Shown here: positions 1 to 10,912 of the stretch, piece after piece
Layout: each line of letters opens with the position of its first letter
How positions within the stretch are numbered: position 1 is the first letter of the stretch
Assembly (NCBI GenBank): GCA_963748015.1
Contig: CAVVHE010000008.1
Coordinates: 352,001 to 416,000, forward strand
Origin: Terriglobia bacterium
GTDB lineage: Bacteria > Acidobacteriota > Polarisedimenticolia > Polarisedimenticolales > JAIQFR01
Length of the DNA stretch: 64,000 bases
Direction: 5' to 3'
Notes under the pieces: model-generated
Told to the model about the DNA's origin: nothing
Seen by the model: only the letters and a program-made list of their open reading frames with translations
The model's database searches: none
Translations under genes and position numbers: made by a program

Positions 1-2799
1 CGCCGCGCCGGCCCGGCGCCGGACCAGCCGCCGAGGCGCACGCCCGGAGAGGAGGCGAGCGGATGCCCCGACTCGAGCACCTGCGCGACGTCGGCGTCGG
101 TCGCGACGGGGAGCTCCACCCGTCCGGCCGTTCCCGGCGGCACCTCGACGCTCCAGACCAGGCCGTCGGGGCCCCGCTTCCACGAGCTGCGCACGGTCCC
201 CTCGGGCGCCTCGCGCTCGGCGCGTGCCCACGCGAGCCCCGACCCGGTGAACGCACGGAATTCGAAGGGCCCGTCCGGCGCGGCGCGCCCGGCGAGGCCG
301 GCGACGTCCGAGAACAGCCACGGGTCGAAGGCGGCGTGCATCGGGTGCGACATCGAGCCGCGGTAGCTCGCGTAGTCGCGCGGCCAGCATTCCCACAGCG
401 TCGTTGCCCCGAGGTCGAGCAGCGCGCGGTAGCTCGGCAGCTCCGGCTTCGTCAGGAGGCGGACGGCGGCATCTCCCTCGCCGTTCCGGTTGAGCACCTC
501 GAGCACCGCCGGCGTGCCGAAGATGCCCGCGTCGAAGCGGCGCCCGCCGTCCACCGCTCGCCGGAGCGCTTCCCAGAGCGCGGCGGCCCGCGCGGCGTCG
601 GGGGCGAAGGGCCAGGCGATCGCGAGCGCCGCCTGCGAGCGCGCGCCGGGTCCCGGCGGGGACGTCACGGCGTCCGCCAGCGCCTGCGCGGCCGCGGCGC
701 GCTCCACGGCGTAGCGGCGCTCGTCCTCCGGCCGTCCGAGGAGCCGGGCGGCTCGCGCCATCACGTCGAGGCACCGCACCAGCATCGCCGTGGACGTGAC
801 CGGGACCTCTCTCGTTCCGCCCCACCGCTCGACGCCGGCCCAGCAGAACGAGGGAGAGCTCCAGTCGCCCAGCCCCTTGCGCAGCAGCCCGTCGTCCGAG
901 CGCTCCGACAGGAGAGAATCCGGTCCACCGCCGCATCGCGTCGTAGAACGGCGCCAGTTCGCCGGGGTTTCCGGTCGCGCACGCGACGCTCCAGGGAACG
1001 AACACGAGCGCGGAGCCCCAGTCGGGGGTCGCCATGCCGATCGTGCGCTTGCCCGGCGCGATCATGTGAGGGATGCCGGCGGGTTTCTCGCGCTCCGCGC
1101 GGTCGAGGAACCCGAGCCCGAACGCGAGGGTGCGCTCGGCTGCCCGCCCGCCCGTGATCATGTCGCCGGTGTACTTGCGGAGGAACGCCGCCGCGTCGAG
1201 GTTCGACAGCAGCACCGGCGCGAGCACGTGCGCGTCGCCCGTCCAGCCGCAGCGCTCGCGCACGGGACAGTCGGTCGGCACCCCGTGCAGGTTCGCGACG
1301 ACCGTGCGGAGCGCGGCATCGTGAAGGCGGTTCAGCTCGGGATCGGCGCAGCTGAACGATCCCGCGCGCGCCAGGTCGGTGTGAACCGGGATCGCGCTCA
1401 GCGTGCCGGCCACCGGCGCCTCGAGCAGGCGGCCCGACTGGACGCTCAGCTCCACGAACTGGAAACCGTGATAGGTGAACCGGGGCTCCCACGTCTCGCC
1501 CCCGGCGTCGCCGCGGGCGGTGTAGACGTCGGTCTGCTCGACCTTCGTGGCCTCGATGCCGGTCGTGATCGGGTCCAGCCCGCCGTCCGCCGCACGCTTC
1601 TCGGCGAACCGCAGCTCGATCCGGGTGCCGGCCTCGGCGCGCACGGAGAGGCGGCACCAGCCGGCCAGGTTCGCGCCGAAGTCGTAGATCCAACGCCCCG
1701 GACCGAAAGGCACGATCGAGCGCGGCGCGACGGGCGCGCCGCGGCGCGCCGGCGGGCACGCCTGCGCCACCAGCTCGCCTCCGGGCGCCTCGAGCGGGAC
1801 CACCGGCTGCCAGGCGCCCCGCGCCTCGCCCGGCCCCGCCCAGCCGGGAACCTCCCCTCGCGCGTCGTGGACCTCGCCCGCGTAGACGTTCGCGGCACGG
1901 ACCGGGCCCGGCCGCCCGCGCCACGACAGATCGGCGGGGACGCTCGTCGAGGTGCCGTCGGGATGCTCGAGGACGAGCTGCATGCGCAGGCGCGGCTCGC
2001 CGTACGACAGTCCGCGCGGGCCCCAGACCCGGTTCTGGTTGAACCACCCGTCTCCGAGCGCGACGCCCACGACGAGCCGGCCCGGCGGGCCGGCGAGCAC
2101 AGCCTTCGAGACGTCGTGGGCGACGTAGAACACCCGCTCGCCGTAGTCGGTCTGCGCGGGGTCGAGGACGTGGTCGCCGATGCGCTGCCCGTTGACCCAC
2201 AGCTCGTGCCATCCGAGGCCGCACACGTACGCGCGGGCGGACACCACCGGCCGGGTCAGCGCGACCTCGCCGCGGAGGAGCGCTTCGGCATCGCCGCGCG
2301 CCGCGGCCGGCAGGCCGATCCAGGGGCCCGTCCAGTCGCCGGGCTCGAGCAGTCCCGTCTCGAACCACGACGGCTCCGACCACGGCCCCGGCCCGCCCTC
2401 CGCCGTCCAGGCGCGCACCCGCCAGTACACGCGCTCGCCCGATCGCGGCGGGCGCGCCGGAGCGTAGGCGCACGCGAGGGAGCGGCCGTCCACCCGTCCC
2501 GAGTCCCAGGACACGGCGCGCCCGGCGCGCAGCGCCGCTTCCGAGGGCGCGGCCTGCACCTGGTACGCGACCGGGTCCGCGCCCCGCCGAGAGGGGGACG
2601 GCGGCCACCGCCACGTCAGGCGCGGTCGCGGGGTCTGCAAGCCGAGCGGGGCCGCTTCACCGTCGGCCCGAAGCCCCACGGGGGCCGCCGGCGGCGCGCC
2701 GCACCCCGCGATCAGCGCCGCCAGCACGATCAGTGGCAGGGCGGCGATCGCGGTCGCAGCGCGGCGCCGGCACCCGCTAGCAGAGCCCTGGCTCGGCAT
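1..2799 (-). pseudogene. Family 78 glycoside hydrolase (alpha-L-rhamnosidase), predicted lipoprotein; runs off the window start; one +1 frameshift near 917-921 (possibly an assembly error)
   Basis: Not in the ORF track; translated by hand from ATG 2799: lipobox LAALIAGC, then PLGLQTPRPRLTW, WEPRFTYHGF and PTDCPVRERCGWTGDA. GLGDW, GATTLWE and SMSHPM lie in a different frame after ~920. Confidence 0.85.
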
Positions 2800-2809
2800 T
2801 CGGGAGCTC

Positions 2810-5326
2810 CTATCGCGAGGCGTCGGGCGCCCGCGCGCGGCGGACCGGAGGGGGCATCTCGGACCCGGCGCCGCGGACCGACTTCCAGAGGATGCGGTTC
2901 AGCTCGAGCTCCGGGGCGAGATCGGCTTCCGCGAGCTCCATGTCCGCCGAGGCCTCGGCGCCGTAGGCGTCGGAGGCGTTCTTCTCGTCGAGGGGGATGC
3001 GCGGCTCGAGATGGGTGTAGGGCGCGAGCACCGGCTTCGCCTGGAACGCGCCGTACATCGGCGTCGCGGAGGCGTCGTACTGGCTCATCGGAGGGAGCCC
3101 CAGGATCAGCTCGATCGTGCGCAGCATCCCCGAGGTCGTGTACGGCGTGCCGTCCACGACCCCGCGCCGCGCGTAGGGGCTCGCGACGAGGGCGACGGAC
3201 CGGTGGGCGTCCACGTGATCGGGGCCGCTCTGCGCGTCGTCCTCGAGGACGAGGACGGCCGATTCCTTCCAGACCTTGCTCGTCGAGATCGCCTCCACGA
3301 CGCGCCCGAGGGCCAGGTCGTTCTCGGCGACCATCGCGCGCGGCGTCGGGAACCCCGCGCGGGTCCCGGCCGTGTGGTCGTTCCCGAGGCGGATGATCGA
3401 GAGCCGCGGCACCGTTCCCGCGGCGTCCATGGCGCGGAACTCCGCGAGCCAGACGTCCACGCGCCGGTTGTCGGGGATCTTGAGGTCGTACGGCGGGTAG
3501 TCGGGGTTCACGAGCCCCTCGAGCCCCGGAACCGTCGCCACGACCTTCCCTTCGCCCGTGTCGTGCTCGTCCTCCGGCTCCGGCCCGCGCATGGCGAACT
3601 CGCCGTAGCTTCGCACGCTGACGCCGGCGCGCGTGCACGCGTCCCAGATGTACCCGCCGGCGGGCGCCGTGATGTTGCCGAAGGGGTTCCGTGCCGCGCC
3701 GCCGCCCTCGCTCAGGTAGCGGCCCCCCCGGTGGGCGTAGTTGGTCGGCCACATCTTCTCGATGTAGTCCGTCGCGTAGGCCGCCGTGGAGAACGCGTGC
3801 CCGTCGTAGCTCACCTCCGCGTCCACGAAGAACGCGTCGAGCGTGACGAACGCGCGCGCGATCGCGTGCGCGTTCGGCGTCACGTCCTCGCCGAAGATGG
3901 CGAGGCCCGGGTCGCCGTCGCCGCGGCCGAGATCGCCGAGGACCTGGTCGAACGTCCGGTTCTCGCGGATGACGTAGAAGACATGCCGGATCGGCGACGG
4001 CGCGCCCACCTTGGCCGGGATCGGCGAGCCCGGGGGAGCCGAGGCCGGCGCCAGGCGCGTCGCGTCGCTGTACGGGGTGAGGGCGTAAACGGTCTTCGTG
4101 TATGCCGCGAGCGCCGCGGGGTCGGGGTAGGGGAGAATGGACAGGGATCCCTGCAGCAGCCGCCCGATGTACTGCCCCTCGGGCCCCGGGATGCCGGGAT
4201 GGCCCGCGCGCGGGTTGGCCTGCGACGTCAGCCCTTTCCCGCTCAGGACGTACACCTTCGACCCGTCCCGGCAGAATTTCACGCCGGTGGGGTACCAGCC
4301 GGTCGGGATGAAGCCCAAGACCCGCGAATCTCCCGGCCGCGAGATGTCCACGGCCGCGACGGCGTTGTTGTCCGCGTTGGCGGCGAGCAGCGTCTTCCCG
4401 TCCGGCGAGACGTCGAGCGCGTTCGGCGTGCTGCCGGCCGGCGCTCCGGGATAGAGCGCGACCGAGATCTGCTCGGCGGCCGCGCGCCTTTCGAGGTCGA
4501 TCGCCCAGACCGAATTCGTGTTGGCGCACGCCACGAACAGCCGCCGCCCGTCGCGCGAGAAGGCCATCGCGTTCGGGTGCTCGCCGACCGCGATCTCTCC
4601 CTTGGGCTCGAGCGTCTTCGCGTCGAAGACGAGCACCCGCGCGCCGCCCCAGAGCGAGACGTACACCGCGGCGCCGTCGCGGCTCACGAGGCACGTGTAC
4701 GGCTCGGCCGAGAGCTTGCGCGTCGCGACCACGCCGCCGGACTCGAGGTCCACCGAGGTCAGCGCCGTGCCGAGGACATGAACCGCGTACAGGGTCTTCC
4801 CGTCGGGGGAGACGGCGAGACCGCCGACGAACCCCTTCTCGTTCGCGTCCTGCTTCTCGCCGGCGGCCGCGATCCGCGCGATCGCGATCGTGCGCGCGAC
4901 GGCCAGGCGGCCCTTCTTGTCCGCCAGCTCGAGCACCGCGTCCTGCGCGGCCCCCGAGGAATAGAGCCGCTTGCCGTCCGGGTGCCAGGCGAGCCCGAGC
5001 CAGGCGTGGTCCATCGAGACCGTGTAGCGCACTAGCCCTTTCTCGAGGTCCACCACGGTGAGCGTCGGCTTCTCCATGCCGTTGTTGGACACGACGAGCG
5101 AGCGGCCGTCGGGCGTCTCGAGCATCGCGAGGGGAAGGTCGCCGATCGGGATGTGGCGCCCGGCGGGGGCGATCTTCCAGCCGTTGGGGAGGAGGACGAC
5201 GCCGCGGCCCCGGCTGCCCGGCTGGGCGGACTTCACCGTCCCGCTCTCCGGGGCCGCGCCCGCCGTCGGGAAGAAACCGGTGGCCAGGACCGCGACGAGA
5301 GCGAGACCGCCGCGACGGCTTCTCAC
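2810..5326 (-). CDS. Secreted YncE/YVTN beta-propeller plus phosphoesterase (alkaline phosphatase superfamily) protein
   Basis: Signal peptide; propeller repeats (VGEHPNAMAFSRDG, IPTGWYPTGV); phosphoesterase motifs RENRTFDQVLGD, NDHT and EDDAQSGPDHVDAHRS. Confidence 0.85.
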   Translation of the reverse strand: MRSRRGGLALVAVLATGFFPTAGAAPESGTVKSAQPGSRGRGVVLLPNGWKIAPAGRHIPIGDLPLAMLETPDGRSLVVSNNGMEKPTLTVVDLEKGLVRYTVSMDHAWLGLAWHPDGKRLYSSGAAQDAVLELADKKGRLAVARTIAIARIAAAGEKQDANEKGFVGGLAVSPDGKTLYAVHVLGTALTSVDLESGGVVATRKLSAEPYTCLVSRDGAAVYVSLWGGARVLVFDAKTLEPKGEIAVGEHPNAMAFSRDGRRLFVACANTNSVWAIDLERRAAAEQISVALYPGAPAGSTPNALDVSPDGKTLLAANADNNAVAAVDISRPGDSRVLGFIPTGWYPTGVKFCRDGSKVYVLSGKGLTSQANPRAGHPGIPGPEGQYIGRLLQGSLSILPYPDPAALAAYTKTVYALTPYSDATRLAPASAPPGSPIPAKVGAPSPIRHVFYVIRENRTFDQVLGDLGRGDGDPGLAIFGEDVTPNAHAIARAFVTLDAFFVDAEVSYDGHAFSTAAYATDYIEKMWPTNYAHRGGRYLSEGGGAARNPFGNITAPAGGYIWDACTRAGVSVRSYGEFAMRGPEPEDEHDTGEGKVVATVPGLEGLVNPDYPPYDLKIPDNRRVDVWLAEFRAMDAAGTVPRLSIIRLGNDHTAGTRAGFPTPRAMVAENDLALGRVVEAISTSKVWKESAVLVLEDDAQSGPDHVDAHRSVALVASPYARRGVVDGTPYTTSGMLRTIELILGLPPMSQYDASATPMYGAFQAKPVLAPYTHLEPRIPLDEKNASDAYGAEASADMELAEADLAPELELNRILWKSVRGAGSEMPPPVRRARAPDASR

Positions 5327-5327
5327 G

Positions 5328-5933
5328 TCAGGCCTTCCGGGTGTACTCGATCAGCATCGTGCGGAACATCTTGCCCTTCGGTCCCTTGGTCCACATCTCG
5401 TAGGTGTGGTGGTCGCGGTCCTTGACGAGGACCTTGGACGTGAAGCGCACGCGCTTGCCGGAGGGCTCGAAGGCCACCAGCTCGGATTCCATCTTCTTGT
5501 CCGTCGGCTTGCCGACGCCGTCGGACGTCATCATCCCGGTGCCGAAGTTGTCCATCCAGGTGCCAATGTACTTTCCCCGGATGTTGTCGTAGGCCGTGTA
5601 GCCGATCCCCTCGAACGGCATGCCCATGGACGTCCCCTCGAACCGCTGCTCGAGGTAGCGGCCGCCGAGCACCCAGCGATTCTCGGATTTCCCCTGGCTG
5701 ACCTCCGGCGGCACGCCGGGCTCCATCACGAACGTCATCCTCGTGTCCCAGGCGCCGACGAACTTCTCGAGGCGCGCGTGGCCCGCGCTCGGGGTCATCG
5801 CCTTCTGCCAGGCGGCCATCATCGCCTGCTCGTCCATGGCCTTCGGGGCGGTCCGCTTCTTCGCCGTATGCTTCACCGGCCGGGCCGGCTTCTTCTTCGC
5901 GGTCTTTCCCTTGCTCTTGTTCGCGATCGCCAT
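5328..5933 (-). CDS. DUF1579 family protein with Lys-rich N-terminus
   Basis: GGAGG RBS before ATG 5933; motifs WVLGGRYL, PFEGIGYTAYDN and YIGTWMDNFGTG. Confidence 0.8.
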   Translation of the reverse strand: MAIANKSKGKTAKKKPARPVKHTAKKRTAPKAMDEQAMMAAWQKAMTPSAGHARLEKFVGAWDTRMTFVMEPGVPPEVSQGKSENRWVLGGRYLEQRFEGTSMGMPFEGIGYTAYDNIRGKYIGTWMDNFGTGMMTSDGVGKPTDKKMESELVAFEPSGKRVRFTSKVLVKDRDHHTYEMWTKGPKGKMFRTMLIEYTRKA

Positions 5934-6045
5934 CTCTCTACCTCCGTGGAATGGGCCGGCATCGCGGCCGGCCACGACGCGGCCGATTATCGGCCCGGCG
6001 GCCATCCGCCGCAAAGGGAAAGCGACGGAAGCGCCGTCCCGACGA

Positions 6046-6074
6046 TTGACAGAGGAGATCGAGGACCCTAGCTT
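6046..6074 (+). promoter_or_regulatory. sigma70-type promoter
   Basis: TTGACA-N17-TAGCTT, 46 nt upstream of ATG 6121. Confidence 0.6.
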
Positions 6075-6120
6075 AGGCGCGTCGGCCTGTCCGGCCCGAG
6101 GACCGAGCTTGGCCCGAACG

Positions 6121-7998
6121 ATGCGTGCATTGCTGCCGGTCCTGGCGCTCGCGGCGGTCATCGCCGCGGCGTACGGCCCCTCGCTCCGGGGAGGGTTCGT
6201 CTGGGACGACCGGCCTCTCATCGTGGACAACCACCTCGTCCGCGAGAAGGGGAGCCTCGGTACGCTCCTCACGTCCGGCTTCTGGCAGACCGGCGACCGT
6301 CACGACCGCTTCCGCTCGTTCTTCCGGCCCGCGGTGAGTCTCACCTACGCCGTGGACTACGGGCTGTGGGGGCTCCGCCCGCTCGGGTTCCGCCTCACGA
6401 ACCTCTTCCTGCACCTCCTGTGCTGCTGGCTCGTCTACCGCCTCGCGATGGGCGAGGGGCTCGGGCCGCGAGCCTCGCTCGTGGGCGCGGCGCTCTTCGC
6501 CGCGCACCCGGTTCACGTCGAATCGGTCGCGTGGATCTCCGGCCGCACCGATCTCGTCTGCGCGGCGTTCTTCCTGGGCGCGTTCCTCGCGTACCGGACT
6601 GCGATTGCTTCGGAATCGCGCCGCCTGGCCTGGCGCGGCTTGTCGCTCTCCCTGTTCCTTCTCGCCCTCTTCTCGAAGGAGATGGCGGCGACGCTGCCGC
6701 TCCTGGTCGCCCTCGACGCCTGGCTGCGGACGGGGGGGGGGCGGCGCGGGGCCCGTGCGGGGCTGATCGCGGCGCTGCCGTACCTGGCCGTTCTGGCGCT
6801 TTACCTGCCGCTCCGGCACCTTGCGCTCGGCGCCGAGGCCGAGCCGCTGTACCGGCTGGGGTGGCTCTCCCACGTCGCCACCGCGATCTTCGTGCTCGCG
6901 AGGTACGCGACGCTCCTGATCCTCCCGGTGGGGCTCGACGCCCACTATCCCTATCGCGCCATCGAGACCCTCAGGAGTCCGCTCGTCCTCGTCTCGGTTC
7001 CGCTGCTGGGAGTGGTCGCCTGGCTGGGCGTGAGGCTCCGCCGGCGCGATCCGGGCTCGTGCTTCTGGCTTCTGTGGATCGGCCTCGGTCTCGTTCCGGT
7101 CCTCGCCTTCGGGAAGTTCGGCGACATCCTGCTCGCCGATCGGTTTCTCTATCTTCCCTCGGCGGGGCTGTGCGTCCTGGCGGCGAGGCTCGCGGCACCG
7201 GCGCTCCGCGACGGGGCGGCGCGTTTCCGCCGCGCGATCGTCGCCGGCGCGGCCGCCCTGATCGTGATCCTCCTCGTCGCGCAATCCGGGTTGCGCGCGG
7301 AGGCATGGAAGGACGACCTCACCCTCTTCTCGGGGATGGCGAAGACCTCGCCCGCGTCCGCGATGGTCCGCTCGAATCTCGGCCTCGCCTATTACCGGCG
7401 AGGCGACTACGCGCGCGCCGTCGACGAGTTCGACCTCGCGATCTCGCTCACGCCCGGCTACGCGCTCGCCTTCAACAACAAGGCGGCGGCGCTCGAGCGC
7501 ATGGGCCGCTACCGGGAGGCGCTCGACCAGTACGAGCAGGCGCTGCGCGTCGCCCCCGGACAGGCCGAGGCCCGGATCAACGCCGGGAGCCTCCTGGTCC
7601 GGCTGGGAGAGACCGGCGAAGGGGTAGACCTCCTCTCCGCGGTGGTGCGGGATTACCCGCGATACCCCGCCGCTCTCTACTCCTATGCCAACGCGCTCGA
7701 CACCGTCGGGCGGCGGGACGAGGCGATCCCGTACCTCGAGCGCGCGATCGAGATCGATCCCTTCTACCCGAACTCGTACTACCTGCTCGGGAAGATCTTC
7801 CTCGAGCGAGGGGAAGGCGCCGGGGCAGCGGATTCCATGCGGCGCTTCCTCGACCTCTGGACCGAGCCCGGGATCCACGCGGACGCGGCCCGGCGCGTGA
7901 TCGCGCAGGCGGAGAACGGCAAGGCCGGCAGCGCTCCCGTCAGGCCGGTGGAGCCGGGTCCCTCGGCGACGGAGAGCGATCCGGGGCGGCGGCGATGA
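6121..7998 (+). CDS. TMTC-like (GT-C fold, DUF1736-type) multi-pass membrane protein with C-terminal TPR repeats
   Basis: FVWDD acidic loop, FFRP, HPVHVESVAWISGR and ADRFLYLPS motifs, then about 5-6 TPR repeats. Confidence 0.8.
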   Translation: MRALLPVLALAAVIAAAYGPSLRGGFVWDDRPLIVDNHLVREKGSLGTLLTSGFWQTGDRHDRFRSFFRPAVSLTYAVDYGLWGLRPLGFRLTNLFLHLLCCWLVYRLAMGEGLGPRASLVGAALFAAHPVHVESVAWISGRTDLVCAAFFLGAFLAYRTAIASESRRLAWRGLSLSLFLLALFSKEMAATLPLLVALDAWLRTGGGRRGARAGLIAALPYLAVLALYLPLRHLALGAEAEPLYRLGWLSHVATAIFVLARYATLLILPVGLDAHYPYRAIETLRSPLVLVSVPLLGVVAWLGVRLRRRDPGSCFWLLWIGLGLVPVLAFGKFGDILLADRFLYLPSAGLCVLAARLAAPALRDGAARFRRAIVAGAAALIVILLVAQSGLRAEAWKDDLTLFSGMAKTSPASAMVRSNLGLAYYRRGDYARAVDEFDLAISLTPGYALAFNNKAAALERMGRYREALDQYEQALRVAPGQAEARINAGSLLVRLGETGEGVDLLSAVVRDYPRYPAALYSYANALDTVGRRDEAIPYLERAIEIDPFYPNSYYLLGKIFLERGEGAGAADSMRRFLDLWTEPGIHADAARRVIAQAENGKAGSAPVRPVEPGPSATESDPGRRR

Positions 7999-8668
7999 AG
8001 AGCCGGTGGGATAGGTAGCTGAGCCGGTCGAGCCGCTTGCTCGTCGTGGCGAGACCCAGCGAGCGCAGGCGCGCTTGGAGATCACCCGCGTCCCAGAGAT
8101 GAAAGCCCGATGGAGCCATCGCGGCCCACTCGCGCGAGCCGCCGAGCCGCACCTTGGCGCCGACGACCAGCCGCTCCTGGATCTCGACGAGGCGGGACTT
8201 CCACCGCGGCTCGGTGACCTGCTCCTTGATGAACAGCGCGCCGCCGGCGGCGAGACGCGCGGCCAGCGCCTCGAGGACGGCCCGCTGCTCGCGAAGCGGG
8301 CGATACAGGAGAACGTCGGCGAGCACGATCGCGTCGAAAGGGCCGAGGGGCGGAGCGGCGATCTCGCCCCGCTCGAACCGGACGTTGGAGAGACCTTCGC
8401 GGCGCGCGACTTCCCGGCCCACGCGGAGGCGGTCCTCGAGCAGGTCGATGCCGAGAATGTCCCTTCCCGGCTCCCCGTCCGCCGCGAGGATCGCGAGGAG
8501 GCCATGGCCGCAGCCGGCGTCGAGGATGCGGCCGTTCTTCGGAAGCTCCTCCTCGACGCGGCGGAAGTGGGGGAAGCCGAGACACCGGAAGGCGAGGTAG
8601 GCCGCGGCGCCGGGAGACACGCGCGCGTAACGCGCCAGCCACGCGGGCAGGGACCGCTTCCCTCTCAC
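7940..8668 (-). CDS. Class I SAM-dependent methyltransferase
   Basis: ILDAGCGHG motif I, GIDL and FDAIVLADVL; GTG start overlaps the upstream stop (GTGA). Confidence 0.85.
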   Translation of the reverse strand: MRGKRSLPAWLARYARVSPGAAAYLAFRCLGFPHFRRVEEELPKNGRILDAGCGHGLLAILAADGEPGRDILGIDLLEDRLRVGREVARREGLSNVRFERGEIAAPPLGPFDAIVLADVLLYRPLREQRAVLEALAARLAAGGALFIKEQVTEPRWKSRLVEIQERLVVGAKVRLGGSREWAAMAPSGFHLWDAGDLQARLRSLGLATTSKRLDRLSYLSHRLFIAAAPDRSPSPRDPAPPA

Positions 8669-10911
8669 GCGGGCTCTTTCGCGGCGGAGAGGGCGAGGCG
8701 GCGAATTTCGAGGCGGTTGTAGCCCGGGCTCGTCCGGACGAGCACCCGCTCCGGCGCGCACGCCGCGGGAATCTCGAACGACGCGAGATATGCGTGGCCC
8801 CGGTAGTACCGGACCGAAAGATCGTCCTGCCACCAGCTCTGGATCACGTTCGTCCCGGCGAGGTCGTGCTTCATGCGGTCCGAGATCTCGAGCCGCTCCG
8901 GCGCGGTCTCGGCCGTCTCGTACCCCGCCCGAATCTCGTAGGCGAGACCGTCACATCCCGGGCCGAGAGGCTCGAGCCGCGCCACGACCTCTCCGCGCGT
9001 CCGGTTCTCGCCGTTGAGGAGGAAGCTGACGAGATCGAGCCTGACGCGCTCGTCGGCGGAGCGGCGACGCGGGGGCGCGACCACGATCGCCGTCGGCCGC
9101 TCGGGGGTCGGGCCGCTCGGCGGCGGGCGCAGCGCGAACGAGGCCATGGACCCGGGATCGACTCGTCTCGGGAGCTCCGAAACGTCCGCCAGCAGGCGGC
9201 GGCGATCGTGCCCGTTTGCGACGGCGAGCACGCCGGCGGTCGCGAGGATCGCGCATGCCAATGTCAGCGCGACGGCGCGACGGGGCTCGATGCCGGGCAG
9301 GCGGGGCTTCTCCCGGGAGAGGAACACGATCCACAGCGCCAGCATGGTTACGAAGAACGCGACGCCGGCGAGCACGTTGGCCAGTTGGAGAACGCTTCCC
9401 TCCTTGAAGGCCGCGACGAAGCTGTCGACGACCGCCACCCGGTTCCAGCGGAACGCCCCCGCAAGCCCGGGGAAGAGGAGCTTCGGCGCCGCGACGAACT
9501 GGCGCGACAGCGCCGCCCCGAAGTCGGGGGTCTGGTTGTGGGGGATCCACTCGAGGCGGAACTGGACCATCAGGAGGAGGTTCCAGTAGACGAACGGCGA
9601 GGCGGCGAGGCCGGCCGCGACGAACCCAGCGCGGCGCGCGAGCCTCGCGACGACCAGCGCGAGGCCGACGCCGAGCACCGGCCACACGCTCAGGAAGTAG
9701 CGCGCGCCGAACGAGGCGCCTCCCCACCAGTACCCGTACGAGGCGATCGCCCACCACTCCAGCACGAGGATGACGAGGAGCCCCCGGAAGATGCGGGGAT
9801 GGGAGCGCCGCAGGAAGAAGATCCCCGCCGCCGCGAACAGCGCGAGCGGCGTCCAGGTGAAGAGCCCGTTGAAGCGCGAGAAGAGCACCTCGAGGATCGC
9901 GGGCCGGCTCCACCGGAAGGGGTCGCCGATGTCGGCGTAGACGTTGGGGAGCCACCGGCCGGTGGTGCGCACCCACGCCGCGACCTGCGGCGCGAACCCC
10001 GCGATCGCACCACCCGCGAGCGCTGCGCCCCCCTGAAGGACGCCGATCCACCGTCCCCGGCGCATCGAGCCGGCAAGGTCCATGGCCGGGAGGGCGAGGA
10101 AGAGGATGTCCTGCGGGTGCACCAGCGCGAGCGCCCCGCCGAGAAGGCCGAGCAGCGCGTACCGGAGCGCGCCGGGAGGGGCGTCGTCGCGGGACCACGC
10201 GAGCAGGAACGCGGCGACCAGGAAGGCGCTCGCGGCGTGCGGGTAGCCGGGCCAGACGTAGGCGAAGAAGGCCATCGGGCTCGCGAAGAGGAATGCCGTC
10301 ACGGCGATGGCCGAGGCGGGGCCGCCGGCGTAACGGCGCGCGAGGCGGTGGGTGAGCGCGACGGCGCCCACCGCGAGCATCATCGAGGACCACGTCGCCG
10401 CGCCGATTTCGAGAGGCCCGTATCCGTCGCCTCCCGGGAGGATCCCCAGGCGCCCCAGGAACGCCGCGAGGGGGTGGGCGAGCAGCGCCACGGGAGCCGC
10501 CAGGGTCGAGGTGCCGAGGTAGAAGATCGGGGCCGCCGGAGGGGGAAGGTACATGCCGTAGGGGTTGCGGAGGACGAACTCGTCGAAGAGATCGAGGTCC
10601 CCGTCCACGACCGCGGACCGCAGGTACCCGAAGTACCAGAGGGCGTCATGGACCAGCACGTTCTGGAAGAGGAACACGAAGCCGGCGGCGCACGCGCCGG
10701 CGAGCGCCGCGTACTCGAGGCGCGGCAGCTGCGACCGGTCGCCTCTCAGGTGGGTGCGTGCGAAGGAGAGCAGCGCGTAGACGAGCGCGCCGAAGAGGGC
10801 GAGGTCTCGGACGAACGGCCAGACCGCCGGGACCACCCGGGCGAGCACAAGGCCCGCGCAGAGCGCAGCGCCGCCGACCAGAAGCCGCGTCCCCCAGCGC
10901 GACACGATCAC
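8665..10911 (-). CDS. Polytopic membrane protein, probable GT-C fold glycosyltransferase (family 39-like) with C-terminal soluble domain
   Basis: More than 10 hydrophobic segments; motifs HDALWYFGYLRS..DGDLD and WWGGASFGARYF resemble bacterial GT-C enzymes. Confidence 0.6.
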   Translation of the reverse strand: MIVSRWGTRLLVGGAALCAGLVLARVVPAVWPFVRDLALFGALVYALLSFARTHLRGDRSQLPRLEYAALAGACAAGFVFLFQNVLVHDALWYFGYLRSAVVDGDLDLFDEFVLRNPYGMYLPPPAAPIFYLGTSTLAAPVALLAHPLAAFLGRLGILPGGDGYGPLEIGAATWSSMMLAVGAVALTHRLARRYAGGPASAIAVTAFLFASPMAFFAYVWPGYPHAASAFLVAAFLLAWSRDDAPPGALRYALLGLLGGALALVHPQDILFLALPAMDLAGSMRRGRWIGVLQGGAALAGGAIAGFAPQVAAWVRTTGRWLPNVYADIGDPFRWSRPAILEVLFSRFNGLFTWTPLALFAAAGIFFLRRSHPRIFRGLLVILVLEWWAIASYGYWWGGASFGARYFLSVWPVLGVGLALVVARLARRAGFVAAGLAASPFVYWNLLLMVQFRLEWIPHNQTPDFGAALSRQFVAAPKLLFPGLAGAFRWNRVAVVDSFVAAFKEGSVLQLANVLAGVAFFVTMLALWIVFLSREKPRLPGIEPRRAVALTLACAILATAGVLAVANGHDRRRLLADVSELPRRVDPGSMASFALRPPPSGPTPERPTAIVVAPPRRRSADERVRLDLVSFLLNGENRTRGEVVARLEPLGPGCDGLAYEIRAGYETAETAPERLEISDRMKHDLAGTNVIQSWWQDDLSVRYYRGHAYLASFEIPAACAPERVLVRTSPGYNRLEIRRLALSAAKEPA

Positions 10912-10912
10912 C

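Noticed and set aside
5981..6014. GCCGATAA on the minus strand upstream of the DUF1579 gene as a sigma28 promoter
   Set aside because: No TAAA/TCAAG -35 at the right spacing; it fits a weak sigma70 pattern (TTGCGG-N17-GATAAT) or a simple palindrome better.
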